A stretch of DNA of 64,000 bases, taken from positions 5,563-69,562 of IMG/VR virus record IMGVR_UViG_3300037471_000808. One strand, given 5' to 3'. The position numbers and the translations under genes are program-made. This DNA comes from a virus. Its lineage: Duplodnaviria; Caudoviricetes. A model generated the notes under the pieces. That model ran no database searches, was not told where the DNA came from, and saw only the letters and a list, made by a program, of their open reading frames with translations. Position 1 is the first letter of the stretch; the number at the start of each line of letters is the position of its first letter. Shown here in pieces: positions 53,302 to 62,299 of this stretch.

Positions 53302-54774
53302 TTAGACCAGCACCTGCAGAGTGACGCGCCGGGTCTTCCAGTCCGGCGCGCGGGAAAGGACGATGCCGACCGCGCCGGCACCAAGGTTAAAGCGCGAGTT
53401 GAACAGCCGCACCGGATCGCCCAGCTGCAGGGTCAGGCACGGCGCCAGCGCCTCGAATTCGTAGACGGTGCGCTGGACCTTCCACAGGTCGCGCTGGCGC
53501 GCCGCCTCGGCGGCGGCGTCGCTGCGGCGCAGCAGCAAGGTGTCCTGCTGCTGGGGGTCTGCGGTCAGCTTGTAGGTCGCCTGCACGGTCGCGTCAGTCG
53601 CGGTTTCGGTGCGCCACTCGGTCGCCATCAAGTCCTTGTGCGCAGCCGGCAGCGCGGTCTGCAGGTCCTTCTGCACGGTCCAGTTCTTGCAGAATCCCAG
53701 CTTGACGGCCGCCACCACATCCGGGCGCTGCGCGATCTTCAGCGACTTCTCGACCATCATCGACGGCAGGATGTCGGTCGGCGTGCCGGCCGGCGGCAGG
53801 CTGATCTGGTACAGGCGCAGCTGGCCGGTCGGCGACGGCAGCAGCTGCGCGCCGACCGAGGCGGCCAGCTGCTGGCAGGCCGCCAGCACGTTGGTGCGGT
53901 CGGTGATCGGCAGGCCAATCGGCTGCGGGTGGGCAGCGTCGAACGCGGTGAAGTTGGCCGTGTCGATCTCGGCCAGGGTGAAGCGGTCGGCGCTCTTGCC
54001 GAACCCGGTCGCCAGGCGCTGAATCGTCGCCGCGATCGTGTTGGCATAGGTCGACGGCTTGTCGCCCTGCACGCTGGCGGTGACGCCGCCGGCCGACGAC
54101 TGGCTCAGCGTGAACTTGCCGGTGGCAAGGTTCACGCTGATCGCATCCACCGGCAGGCCATTGTCGCGCACCTCGATGATGCGCTCGATCGGGCCGTCGT
54201 GCACCTGGTACTCGAGCGTGGTCGGGTCGGTCAGCAGCGGCGTGATGTTGAACGCCTCGCCAAACACCAGCGGGATGATTTCGTCCTTGTTGCTGGTGGT
54301 GCCGCCCAGCTTGTGCTCGGTCGCCGCCGCGTTCAGGCGCACCAGCTTGTCGCGGATCTTGATGTTCAGGACCTCCCGGCCCTTGCTGTCGAGGTTGGCC
54401 ACGAGGCCGTTGAACACCATCCGGAAGTCGGCGCGCGCCCAGCGCACATCGCCGACCCAAGCGGTGACCGGGGTGTTGGTCCACACGTAGCCCAGCCAGG
54501 TGTCGCGCACCCCGCCGTAGTTGTGCACCTCGATATCGCCCACCGTCAGCGCCGCGCTGCCGTCCAGCGACAGCGCCTCGGTCGGCTTGATGCCGGTGCC
54601 GCACACGCCCAGGTAGGGCGTGTTGGCCGGCGTGTCGGCCGCGCCGGTGGTGTAGCCGACGGTGGCCAGGTACAGCGGCGTGGCCACGCCCGCGATCAGC
54701 GGGGCCACCTCGATCAGCGTCGTGGGCCGGGCCGACGGGTCGGTCAGCCAGGCGGCAAATTCAGCGTCGGTCAT
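53302..54774 (-). CDS. tail tip/hub protein
   Basis: Directly after the tape measure; IPLVFGEAFNITP, VRDNG. Confidence 0.8.
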   Translation of the reverse strand: MTDAEFAAWLTDPSARPTTLIEVAPLIAGVATPLYLATVGYTTGAADTPANTPYLGVCGTGIKPTEALSLDGSAALTVGDIEVHNYGGVRDTWLGYVWTNTPVTAWVGDVRWARADFRMVFNGLVANLDSKGREVLNIKIRDKLVRLNAAATEHKLGGTTSNKDEIIPLVFGEAFNITPLLTDPTTLEYQVHDGPIERIIEVRDNGLPVDAISVNLATGKFTLSQSSAGGVTASVQGDKPSTYANTIAATIQRLATGFGKSADRFTLAEIDTANFTAFDAAHPQPIGLPITDRTNVLAACQQLAASVGAQLLPSPTGQLRLYQISLPPAGTPTDILPSMMVEKSLKIAQRPDVVAAVKLGFCKNWTVQKDLQTALPAAHKDLMATEWRTETATDATVQATYKLTADPQQQDTLLLRRSDAAAEAARQRDLWKVQRTVYEFEALAPCLTLQLGDPVRLFNSRFNLGAGAVGIVLSRAPDWKTRRVTLQVLV

Positions 54775-57700
54775 TGGATCACCTCGGTGTTGCGGTTCTG
54801 CCAGGAGGCAGTGGCAGCCCCCTGTTCGATGCCGGCCGCCACGCTGTCGGCGATGGTGGCCGCAGCACTGAGCGTGGCACTGGTCAGCTGGTCGGTCTGG
54901 TTCGCCTGCCCGCTATTCAAATTGGCCAGCTGCGCGATCAGCGCGTCGATCTGGGCGCCGGTCGGGCCGTTGGTCACGGTCACGCTCTGGGCCTCGTTGG
55001 CATGGCTGCTCGACATGCTGCCGCTGTACAGCATGTCCGGGTGATGGTCCCGGTACTCAGGGCTGTGCGTCATCGCGTCGGCGACCTCGGCCATCGTGGC
55101 ACCGCCGGCCATCGCCTGCTGCCAGAAGGCAAGTCCGCCAGCGTCCGAGTGCCGCCCCAGCAGTCCCTGGTACAGTGCCTCGATGCCGGCGGTCTGCCCC
55201 GCCGCCGCGCTTCCGCCGAGTCCGACGTCGCCGCCCTGGGCGAGCGCACCCGCCAGCGCGACCACCGCGTCGTGCACCGACATCACTTCCTTCTTGACCT
55301 CGATCAGGCCGGACACCTGGTCGTGCAGCGCCTTCAGGCTGTCCTTGGCGACGTCGACCTGCTGCGCCGCCCAGCTGGCCGCGTCGGCGGTGGCTGACAT
55401 CACGCGGGCGAAGTCGGCGCTGTAGGTGCTGGACGACGAGAACGCGTCGCGCGAGGCCTGCAGGAACTTGTTGGCGACGTCGCTGTAGTTGTTCTGGGCA
55501 TCGACGTCGCCGTTCTTGGCCGCCGTCAGCGTCTTGTTGAACTCGTCCTTGGCGGCGTTGTACTTCTCCAGCGGCGTCAGCGGCGACTTGTCGCCCAGCT
55601 TCAGGTCGATCAGCAGCTTCTGCCAGTCGGACGACAGCTTGCCCATCCGGTCGCGCAGGTCCTCGAGGGTCTTTTTCTCGGCCTCATACGCGTTGTTCAG
55701 GTCGTCGCGCGCGTCCTTGACCTTCTTGGCCGCCTGCACCTGGTCGAACAGCGCGCGGTTCGATTCGTCCAGCTGGGCGCGCTGGATCGCGGCCAACTCG
55801 ACGTCGGTCTTGGTCAGCTGGTTCAGCTGGCCCTGCAGATCCTTGCGCTCGCTGGCGATCTCGGCGGCCGTCTTGGCCACGCCGTTCAGGTCCTCCAGGT
55901 TGCCGGTCAGGTTGTCGGTGTATTCGGCCACCTGCAGGAACTGCGGTGCCAGCGCCATCAGCGCGGCGTAGGTCTTGCGGCCTTCGTCAGTCGTCAGGTT
56001 CAGGCCCAGCACGGTGTCGCGGAACGCCGTCTTGGTGGTCACGCCGGCCAAGCCCAGGCTGCCCATCGCCGCGTCCAGCTGCTGCTTGACCGGGGCGATC
56101 TTCTGCGCCTCGCTCAGGAAGTTCTGGGCGAAGAACGCGGTCTCGGTGTTGAGCGCGTCGACGCTGCCCACCGCCTGCACCAGGGCTTCGCGCGCGTTCA
56201 TCGAGGCTAGGCCGACCGCGCCGAACACGGCCTGCATCGACTTGCCCATCTGCTGGGCGACGACGTCGGTCGCGCTGAACACGTCGGTCACGCGTTTGAG
56301 CGCGGCGCTGGTGGCCTCGGTCGGCAGCTTGAGCGCGGCCAGCTGCTCGAGCGTGACCTTCTCGCCGAACACCGCTTCGCCAGCGTCGCGCAGCGCGGCG
56401 CGGTACTGCAGGATCGCGCCGGCCTCGGTGGCCAGCTCCTGCGAGGTGCCCTTGAAGCCGTCCACCAGCGACGACAGCCCGCCCTGCACGCCGTCCAGGA
56501 TGTTGCGGATGCGCGCCGTGAACACGGCGTCGAGCTGGCCGTTGGCGTTCGGGTCCGAGCCCTCGTGGCCGGTGTCGACCGTCAGCGACTGGCTGCTCAG
56601 GTAGTCCTTGACCTGGCTGCGCTCGCCTGCGGTCAGGAACGCCGCCAGCACGTCGTCGACCTTGCCGACGGTGGCGACGAAGTCGGTGATCTGCTTGCTC
56701 TTGGTGTCCATCCAGAAGCCGCCGGTCGCCCCGAAGGTGCCGAAGGCGCTGGTCGACGCCGAGCTCAGATAGGGGATGTTGTTCCCCTCGTTGCCGTGGT
56801 GGTTGATGTCGACGTTGCCCGGCAGGTTGTTGCTGCCGAAGGTCAGGCTGGTGTGGTCTTCCGGCCCCTTGTCGAACAGGAACGAACCCAGCACGGCCGC
56901 GCCCATCGCCGCCCAGCCCCAGCCCGGGATCGCGGCGATCGCGGCATTGACCGCCGCACCAGCGCTGGCCGCGGTCGTCAACTCAGCCCCACCCAGCGCA
57001 GCGGATGCGGCACCAGCGGAACCGGACAGGCCAGAAAGAAACTCGCCAGCGACCCCCGACACGGAAGTGAGGCCAAGTAGGCTGCCGGCCCCGCCGATCG
57101 CGCTGCCGATGCTGCCAATCGTGCCCAGCGCGCTACCGGCGGCGCCGCCGCCGAGGCCGCCCAGCAGGCCGTTGCCGGCCATGCCGGCCGCCGCGCCCGC
57201 CTCGATCGAGCCGCCGATCTGCAGCAGCCACTTCTTGGCCGTCATCTGCCACAGCAGGTCGAGGATACCGGCGCGCAGCGCATGCGCGACCCGGTCGACG
57301 AAGCTGATGCCCTCGTCGCCCAGGTGCAGGAAGGCCTGGCGGCCGCCATCCATGATGTCTTTCCAGACACTCTTCCACTCGTCACCGTACGGGCTGGACG
57401 TCTTGGACAGATCCTTGCCCAGCTTGCTGATCTCGATGCCGGCCGCCTTGGCCTTCTCGGCCAGCTCGGGCAGGCCGGACCGGCCGGCGATGTCCTGCAG
57501 CTGGCTGGCCAGCTGCTGCACCTGCGGCAGCAGCTGGGTGCGGATGCCCTGCGCGGCGTCGGCCACGCCCAGCGCGCCCAGCAGGCCGCCCTGCTCCTGG
57601 CCGGTCTCCTTGGCGCTGGCCATCTGGGCGTTGATCGTGCGCACCAGCGAGTCGAGCTGGTTCTTCACCATGTCGAACTCGGCGTTCTTGACGCCAGCGT

Positions 57701-60700
57701 CCTTCTCGCTCGCCTTGGCGCGCAGCGCGATCGTCAGCTCCAGCGCGTGGTTGTAGGCCTTCAGCGCCTCGGTGTTGTCCGGGTCGACGAACAGGATCGC
57801 CGCCAGCGCATCGCGGTCGATGCCCTTCAGGTCGGCGTTCATGCGCGCGATGGCGGTGCCGTTGTCCGCCTCGAACTTGGTCAGGTAGGCGTTGACCAAG
57901 TCGCCGCTGCGCTTGTACTCCTCGGCCTGGGTGGTCAGGTTCTGGCGGTGCAGGCGCTCGAAGTAGTCGGCCTCCTCGATCGCCAGCTGGCGGTCGATCT
58001 CGCCCAGCCGGGCCTGGCCGACCTGCTTCTGGTTCTGGTACTTCTGCTCGGCGGCACGCTTGTTCTCGGCGCCCTGAACCACGGCGATGTCGGCCTGCGC
58101 CTGGGCGATCGCATACCGCACCGACTGCTTGGCGGCCTCGGCCTTGGCTTCCATGTAGGCGACGTCGCCCAAGCCGCCGGACTGGTGCTGCGACTGCAGG
58201 TCGAGCAGCGCGGTCTTCTGCTTGACGTCGAACAGCTCCTTGGCCAGGGCGTTCTCGGCGATCTGCGCCTGCAACGCATCGCGCTCGGCCTTCTTGTCTT
58301 CCTTCGGCGCGCGCGGCGCCAGCAGCGCGTTGCGCTCGTCCTGGAGCTTGCGCAGCGAGACGCTCAGCGCGTTGACGCGTGCCAGCTCATCCTTCGGGTC
58401 CGGCAGGATCTGCTTCGCGTCGAGCAGGGATTCCCACAGCGGCGCCGCCTTCAGGCTGACCGCGCGTACGGCCGCATTCTGCTGGTACAACTCTCCCTTC
58501 GAGTCGCGCTCGCTGGCCTGGGCATAGAACTTCGCCAGCTCGTCGCGCAGCTGCGTGGTGGCGTTCTGCGCCTTCTCCAGCGCCTGCTTCGGGCCGACCA
58601 CGTCATCGCTAAACAGCTTGCGACTCTCCAGCCCGGCCAGATTCTTGTCGGCCTTGGCAATGGCTTCCGCCAGCCCGTCATAGCTGCGCGTGAGCGTGAC
58701 GACGCCGCTGCCGGCGTCGTAGCCGGACTCCTGGGGATGGCGGATCTCGTCCGGGTCAAAGCCCCTGCGGCGTGCCTCCTGCTCGAGTTTTTGGACCTGC
58801 GCGCGGGCGGCGTCCACCGCGCTCTGGGTCACCGTCTCCGGGGCCAGCCGGACGCCGTTCTTTGCGTCCCACAGCTTCAGGTTCTCGTCCAGCCGCTTAT
58901 TCTCGCGCTCAAGCGCCTCGTCGACCACCTGCAGCGAATTGGCGATCTTCTGATTGGTCTTGTCCGCCTCGTCGGTATTGTCGCGGAACAGCAGCCAGGC
59001 CGCAGCCCCAAGTCCGACCGCCACGGCAACCGCGCCCAGCACCGGCAACAGGGTTGCCGACCACGCTGCGGACGCGACGGTTGCGGCCTCGGTCGCGGCC
59101 GTCTGCGCGGTGGTGACGGCGGTCACCTCGGCCGCCGTGGCGGCACCAGCGACGTTGGCGGCGGTCAGCGCGCCCATTGCCGCCGTCTCGGCCGCCTGCG
59201 CGGCCGACAGCACCCAGCTGGCAGCAGCGGCCTCCTTCAGCAGGCCGATGGTCGGCCCCAGCGCGCGCAGGCCGACATAGCCGGCACCGACCAGGGTCAC
59301 GGTGCCCAGGTTGTCGACCAGCGCGCCGGTCAGGCGGGCGACGTTGGTGGAGAAGTTCTGCAGGCCGGTCGAGGCGCTGCCGCCGTCCTTGAAGGCGTCG
59401 GTCAGCTCCAGCGCGATGTGCTGCACGTATGGCGAGGCCTGGGCGAACGCGCGCACGAAGCTGTTCTGCACCACCACGCCCAGGCGCTGGAAGCCGCCAG
59501 TGGTGTCGTCCTCCAGCTTCCTGACGACGTCGGCCATGAAGCCGGACGCGGTGGCCGCGTCCTGCACCTTTTCCTTGTAGGCGTCCAGGTTGCTCAGCGC
59601 CAGCTCGGCCGCCTTGGTGCCGCGCACCGTGAAGATACTGCCGAGGAAGTCGACGCGCGCGGCATCGGTGAAGCCGGCCAGTTTGCCCTTCAGCTCTTCA
59701 AGCAGCTGGGTGAACGGCTTGAGCTGGCCGGATGCGAGCGACGTCTCGACGCCCAGCTCCTTGAGCGCCTTCTTGCCCTTCTCGGTCGGCTCGTACAGGC
59801 CGGTCAGCATATTGGTCAGCGACGTGCCGGCGGCGCCGCCGGTCACGTTGATCTTGGCCAGCAGGCCAAGCATGCCGGCCGTCTCCTCGATCGACACCTT
59901 GAACAGCGAGGCGACCGTCGAGGCCTGCTTCATCGACTCGGTCATCTCCAGCACCGAGGTGTTGGAGTTGGCCGCGGTCTTCGCGAAGATGTCGGCGACG
60001 CGCCCGGCCTCGCTGTAGCCCAAGCCGAACGCCGAGGCGGCACCAGTGGCGGCCAGCGCCGCCTGGCCGACGCTCATCTCGCCGGCAGTGGCCAAGTCCA
60101 GAATCGCCGGCAGCACCTGCAGCGACTCGGACGCGTTCAGGCCGTTCTGCGCCAGCATGCGCATCGCGTTGGCGCCCTCGACCAGCGAGTGCAGCGAGCC
60201 GTCCGACACCTGTAGGAACTGGTCCAGGTTGACGCCGCTGCCGGTGATCGCCAGCACGTTGGTCAGCTGGTGCTCGACCTGAGCGCCGACGTCGACCACC
60301 TGCCGCAGCGAGCCGGCAATGGCCGCGCCCGCGGCCAGCGGCACCAGGCTGCCGTAGGTCAGCCACAGGCCGCCGAGGGAACCGGCCAGGCCGCGCGCCA
60401 GGCTGTGCGCCTCGTTCATCGCGCGGTTGTGCGCCTCGGTCGCGCTCGTCGAGTTGGCCACGGCCGGGGTCAGCGCCGCATGGGCTGCGCGTAGCGCTTC
60501 GACGTCGGACGCGACCGCCACACTGCCGTAGCGCTCAATCGCGCCCTCGCGGGTGGCGCCGGGCTGCTGCAGGTAGGTCTGGGCCTGAGTGGCGCTGCGG
60601 ATCTGCGCGGCCGGCCCGGCCGTCATGAAGTTGGTGTTCAGGACCCGCTGGCGCTCGGCTGCAGCCTCGGCAACCGCCAGCTGCCGCGCCGTGGCCGCCT

Positions 60701-61355
60701 CTTGAACGGCAAGCGTCCGGTCCCACCAGGACACGTAATCGGCCAGATCACGCTGGCGCATTGCATGCAGCTCGATGTCACGCCGCTGTTCGATCGCCTC
60801 ACGTTCAGCGGCCGCCTTTGCCCACCAGGAAACATAGTCGGCGGCAGCCTTCTGCTGCATCGCGTTCAGCTCGACATCACGGCGCTGCTCGATCGCCGCG
60901 CGCTCGGCGGCCGTCTTTTCCCACCACGCGGCGTACTCGGCAGCGGACTTTTGGCGCATCCGATTCAGTTCGGTGTCGCGGCTCTCCTCAATCGAGAGCA
61001 TCTTGTCCCACCAGCTGACGTAATCAGCCATCGCTTGGCCGCGCAGGCGATTCAACTCGACATCGCGGCGCTGGTGGACGTTCAGCGTCTTGGCTGAGGC
61101 CCGCTCAGCAGCGGCGACGGCCTCGTTTTCGACCTTCTGCGCCAGCGCCGCCACTGCGGCGAAGCCGGTGGTCATCGACGCCTGCATCAGCTGCATCTGC
61201 TGCTCGAGGCGGGTCAGGCCGGAGACGGCCCCGAGCCCTTGCAAGGCATCGTGCAGGCGGTCGAGGGCCGTGACGATCCGCTCGATGCCCTCGGCACCGC
61301 TGGACGTTACAGGTACGTCAATCGGGCCGCCTACGCCCTCGATGCCTTCGCTCAT
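54771..61355 (-). CDS. tape measure protein
   Basis: 2194 aa, Ala-rich helical; TP901-type core (NTSVLEMTESMK); TM-like Gly-rich region; DUF4214-like C-terminus. Confidence 0.93.
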   Translation of the reverse strand: MSEGIEGVGGPIDVPVTSSGAEGIERIVTALDRLHDALQGLGAVSGLTRLEQQMQLMQASMTTGFAAVAALAQKVENEAVAAAERASAKTLNVHQRRDVELNRLRGQAMADYVSWWDKMLSIEESRDTELNRMRQKSAAEYAAWWEKTAAERAAIEQRRDVELNAMQQKAAADYVSWWAKAAAEREAIEQRRDIELHAMRQRDLADYVSWWDRTLAVQEAATARQLAVAEAAAERQRVLNTNFMTAGPAAQIRSATQAQTYLQQPGATREGAIERYGSVAVASDVEALRAAHAALTPAVANSTSATEAHNRAMNEAHSLARGLAGSLGGLWLTYGSLVPLAAGAAIAGSLRQVVDVGAQVEHQLTNVLAITGSGVNLDQFLQVSDGSLHSLVEGANAMRMLAQNGLNASESLQVLPAILDLATAGEMSVGQAALAATGAASAFGLGYSEAGRVADIFAKTAANSNTSVLEMTESMKQASTVASLFKVSIEETAGMLGLLAKINVTGGAAGTSLTNMLTGLYEPTEKGKKALKELGVETSLASGQLKPFTQLLEELKGKLAGFTDAARVDFLGSIFTVRGTKAAELALSNLDAYKEKVQDAATASGFMADVVRKLEDDTTGGFQRLGVVVQNSFVRAFAQASPYVQHIALELTDAFKDGGSASTGLQNFSTNVARLTGALVDNLGTVTLVGAGYVGLRALGPTIGLLKEAAAASWVLSAAQAAETAAMGALTAANVAGAATAAEVTAVTTAQTAATEAATVASAAWSATLLPVLGAVAVAVGLGAAAWLLFRDNTDEADKTNQKIANSLQVVDEALERENKRLDENLKLWDAKNGVRLAPETVTQSAVDAARAQVQKLEQEARRRGFDPDEIRHPQESGYDAGSGVVTLTRSYDGLAEAIAKADKNLAGLESRKLFSDDVVGPKQALEKAQNATTQLRDELAKFYAQASERDSKGELYQQNAAVRAVSLKAAPLWESLLDAKQILPDPKDELARVNALSVSLRKLQDERNALLAPRAPKEDKKAERDALQAQIAENALAKELFDVKQKTALLDLQSQHQSGGLGDVAYMEAKAEAAKQSVRYAIAQAQADIAVVQGAENKRAAEQKYQNQKQVGQARLGEIDRQLAIEEADYFERLHRQNLTTQAEEYKRSGDLVNAYLTKFEADNGTAIARMNADLKGIDRDALAAILFVDPDNTEALKAYNHALELTIALRAKASEKDAGVKNAEFDMVKNQLDSLVRTINAQMASAKETGQEQGGLLGALGVADAAQGIRTQLLPQVQQLASQLQDIAGRSGLPELAEKAKAAGIEISKLGKDLSKTSSPYGDEWKSVWKDIMDGGRQAFLHLGDEGISFVDRVAHALRAGILDLLWQMTAKKWLLQIGGSIEAGAAAGMAGNGLLGGLGGGAAGSALGTIGSIGSAIGGAGSLLGLTSVSGVAGEFLSGLSGSAGAASAALGGAELTTAASAGAAVNAAIAAIPGWGWAAMGAAVLGSFLFDKGPEDHTSLTFGSNNLPGNVDINHHGNEGNNIPYLSSASTSAFGTFGATGGFWMDTKSKQITDFVATVGKVDDVLAAFLTAGERSQVKDYLSSQSLTVDTGHEGSDPNANGQLDAVFTARIRNILDGVQGGLSSLVDGFKGTSQELATEAGAILQYRAALRDAGEAVFGEKVTLEQLAALKLPTEATSAALKRVTDVFSATDVVAQQMGKSMQAVFGAVGLASMNAREALVQAVGSVDALNTETAFFAQNFLSEAQKIAPVKQQLDAAMGSLGLAGVTTKTAFRDTVLGLNLTTDEGRKTYAALMALAPQFLQVAEYTDNLTGNLEDLNGVAKTAAEIASERKDLQGQLNQLTKTDVELAAIQRAQLDESNRALFDQVQAAKKVKDARDDLNNAYEAEKKTLEDLRDRMGKLSSDWQKLLIDLKLGDKSPLTPLEKYNAAKDEFNKTLTAAKNGDVDAQNNYSDVANKFLQASRDAFSSSSTYSADFARVMSATADAASWAAQQVDVAKDSLKALHDQVSGLIEVKKEVMSVHDAVVALAGALAQGGDVGLGGSAAAGQTAGIEALYQGLLGRHSDAGGLAFWQQAMAGGATMAEVADAMTHSPEYRDHHPDMLYSGSMSSSHANEAQSVTVTNGPTGAQIDALIAQLANLNSGQANQTDQLTSATLSAAATIADSVAAGIEQGAATASWQNRNTEVIQ
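60708..61073 (-). repeat. four 29-33-aa WW-containing repeats in the tape-measure N-terminus
   Basis: WW at aa 115, 144, 177 and 210. Confidence 0.85.
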
Positions 61356-61359
61356 AGAA

Positions 61360-61396
61360 AAGCCTCCATTGGAGCAACATTATCCAATGGAGGCTT
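61360..61396 (-). promoter_or_regulatory. 14-bp hairpin covering the tape-measure SD
   Basis: AAGCCTCCATTGGA-N9-TCCAATGGAGGCTT; GGAGG lies in the 3' arm. Confidence 0.85.
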
Positions 61397-61406
61397 GTTG
61401 TAGGCA

Positions 61407-61422
61407 AGCAATTACTGTGCCT
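61407..61422 (-). promoter_or_regulatory. sigma54 -24/-12 motif upstream of the tape measure gene
   Basis: AGGCACAGTAATTGCT, exact spacing. Confidence 0.55.
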
Positions 61423-61759
61423 GCTGCTTGCGCCTCTCTGCCATGTAGGCGAGGTAGACGTTGTCGAGGGCCACCACGTGTCGGACAAGCCGCTCCCGTT
61501 CGCTCAGGTTGGTGATGTTGAACAGGTCGCAGTAATCTCGGATCTTCGGGATGACGTCCAGCGCCAACGGTCCTGACATACTGGCCTGCCGCCCGCGCGC
61601 GATCAGCTGGTACGCGCCGTAGTAGTAGGCCTGGCGGAGGTCGAGAACGGGGCGGTCGCGTAGTGCTACCGGGTCCTCCCCGTCCGCCTTCAGCTGCTCG
61701 AGGAAGCCAAGTTCAGGCCCCCACTGGAGTTCCCAGCGGAGGTAGGCACCGAGTTTTTT
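61412..61759 (-). CDS. tail assembly chaperone extension reached by -1 frameshift (G-T type)
   Basis: -1 frame is open from the slippery site to TAA at 61412: KLGAYLRWELQWG...IRDYCDLF...LDNVYLAY. Confidence 0.85.
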   Translation of the reverse strand, partial: KKLGAYLRWELQWGPELGFLEQLKADGEDPVALRDRPVLDLRQAYYYGAYQLIARGRQASMSGPLALDVIPKIRDYCDLFNITNLSERERLVRHVVALDNVYLAYMAERRKQQAQ

Positions 61760-62160
61760 GCGTCGGCCTCTTCGGTCTGGTAGCGGAAGTTGCGGAATTC
61801 AGCCGCCAGCGCGCCGATCGCCCGCTGGAACTCCTTATGTTCGAGCATCATCTGGGCGTTCGGGATGCTGTACTCGATCGGCTTGCCCTGGTAGCCGAAG
61901 TCCTCGTAGCCGAGCAGTACGGTGTGCGCCATCACCTCGGCCATGATCAGGTTCGAGCGGCGCTCGGCAGCCTGCTGCTGGGCCGGCGTGTCCTTCTGGC
62001 TCAGCTCGTGCTTGTACTGCTCATAGCGGGCCGTGATCATGCGATTGTAGGCGGCGTTGCCGGCGCGCGCGACCAGCACGCGGCCGGTGCCGAACGGGAA
62101 CCAGCGACCCTCCTGCTCGGCTTTCGGGTCGACCGCGTACTCGGCAAAGATATCAAACAT
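61690..62160 (-). CDS. tail assembly chaperone (G type)
   Basis: MFDIFAEY; between tail tube and tape measure; A-AAA-AAC slippery site at 61753-61759. Confidence 0.85.
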   Translation of the reverse strand: MFDIFAEYAVDPKAEQEGRWFPFGTGRVLVARAGNAAYNRMITARYEQYKHELSQKDTPAQQQAAERRSNLIMAEVMAHTVLLGYEDFGYQGKPIEYSIPNAQMMLEHKEFQRAIGALAAEFRNFRYQTEEADAKNSVPTSAGNSSGGLNLASSSS

Positions 62161-62191
62161 AGTATTTTCCCTGGTGAGTTGTGGAGCGGCC

Positions 62192-62220
62192 AGTGTACGC
62201 AAGCTGTTGAACATTGTCAA
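62192..62220 (-). promoter_or_regulatory. sigma70 promoter for the chaperone gene
   Basis: TTGACA-N17-TACACT. Confidence 0.75.
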
Positions 62221-62240
62221 AAGGAAAGCTGACGCAAAGC

Positions 62241-62273
62241 AAAAAGGGCGCAGCCCTTGTTGGCACTGCGCCC
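62241..62273 (-). terminator. Rho-independent terminator after the tail tube gene
   Basis: GGGCGCAG...CTGCGCCC followed by TTTTT on the minus strand. Confidence 0.8.
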
Positions 62274-62299
62274 ACCCACTTCCCCACCACGAGAAGATC

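Noticed and set aside
53020-60215. Long plus-strand ORFs (53020-55044, 57282-60215; also 47236-49332, 49423-51198, 62057-63526)
   Set aside because: Antisense shadows of GC-rich genes, with no SD, motifs or operon fit.
60702-61097. Plus-strand ORF with periodic QLD(V/I)TALL text
   Set aside because: It mirrors the tape-measure repeats.
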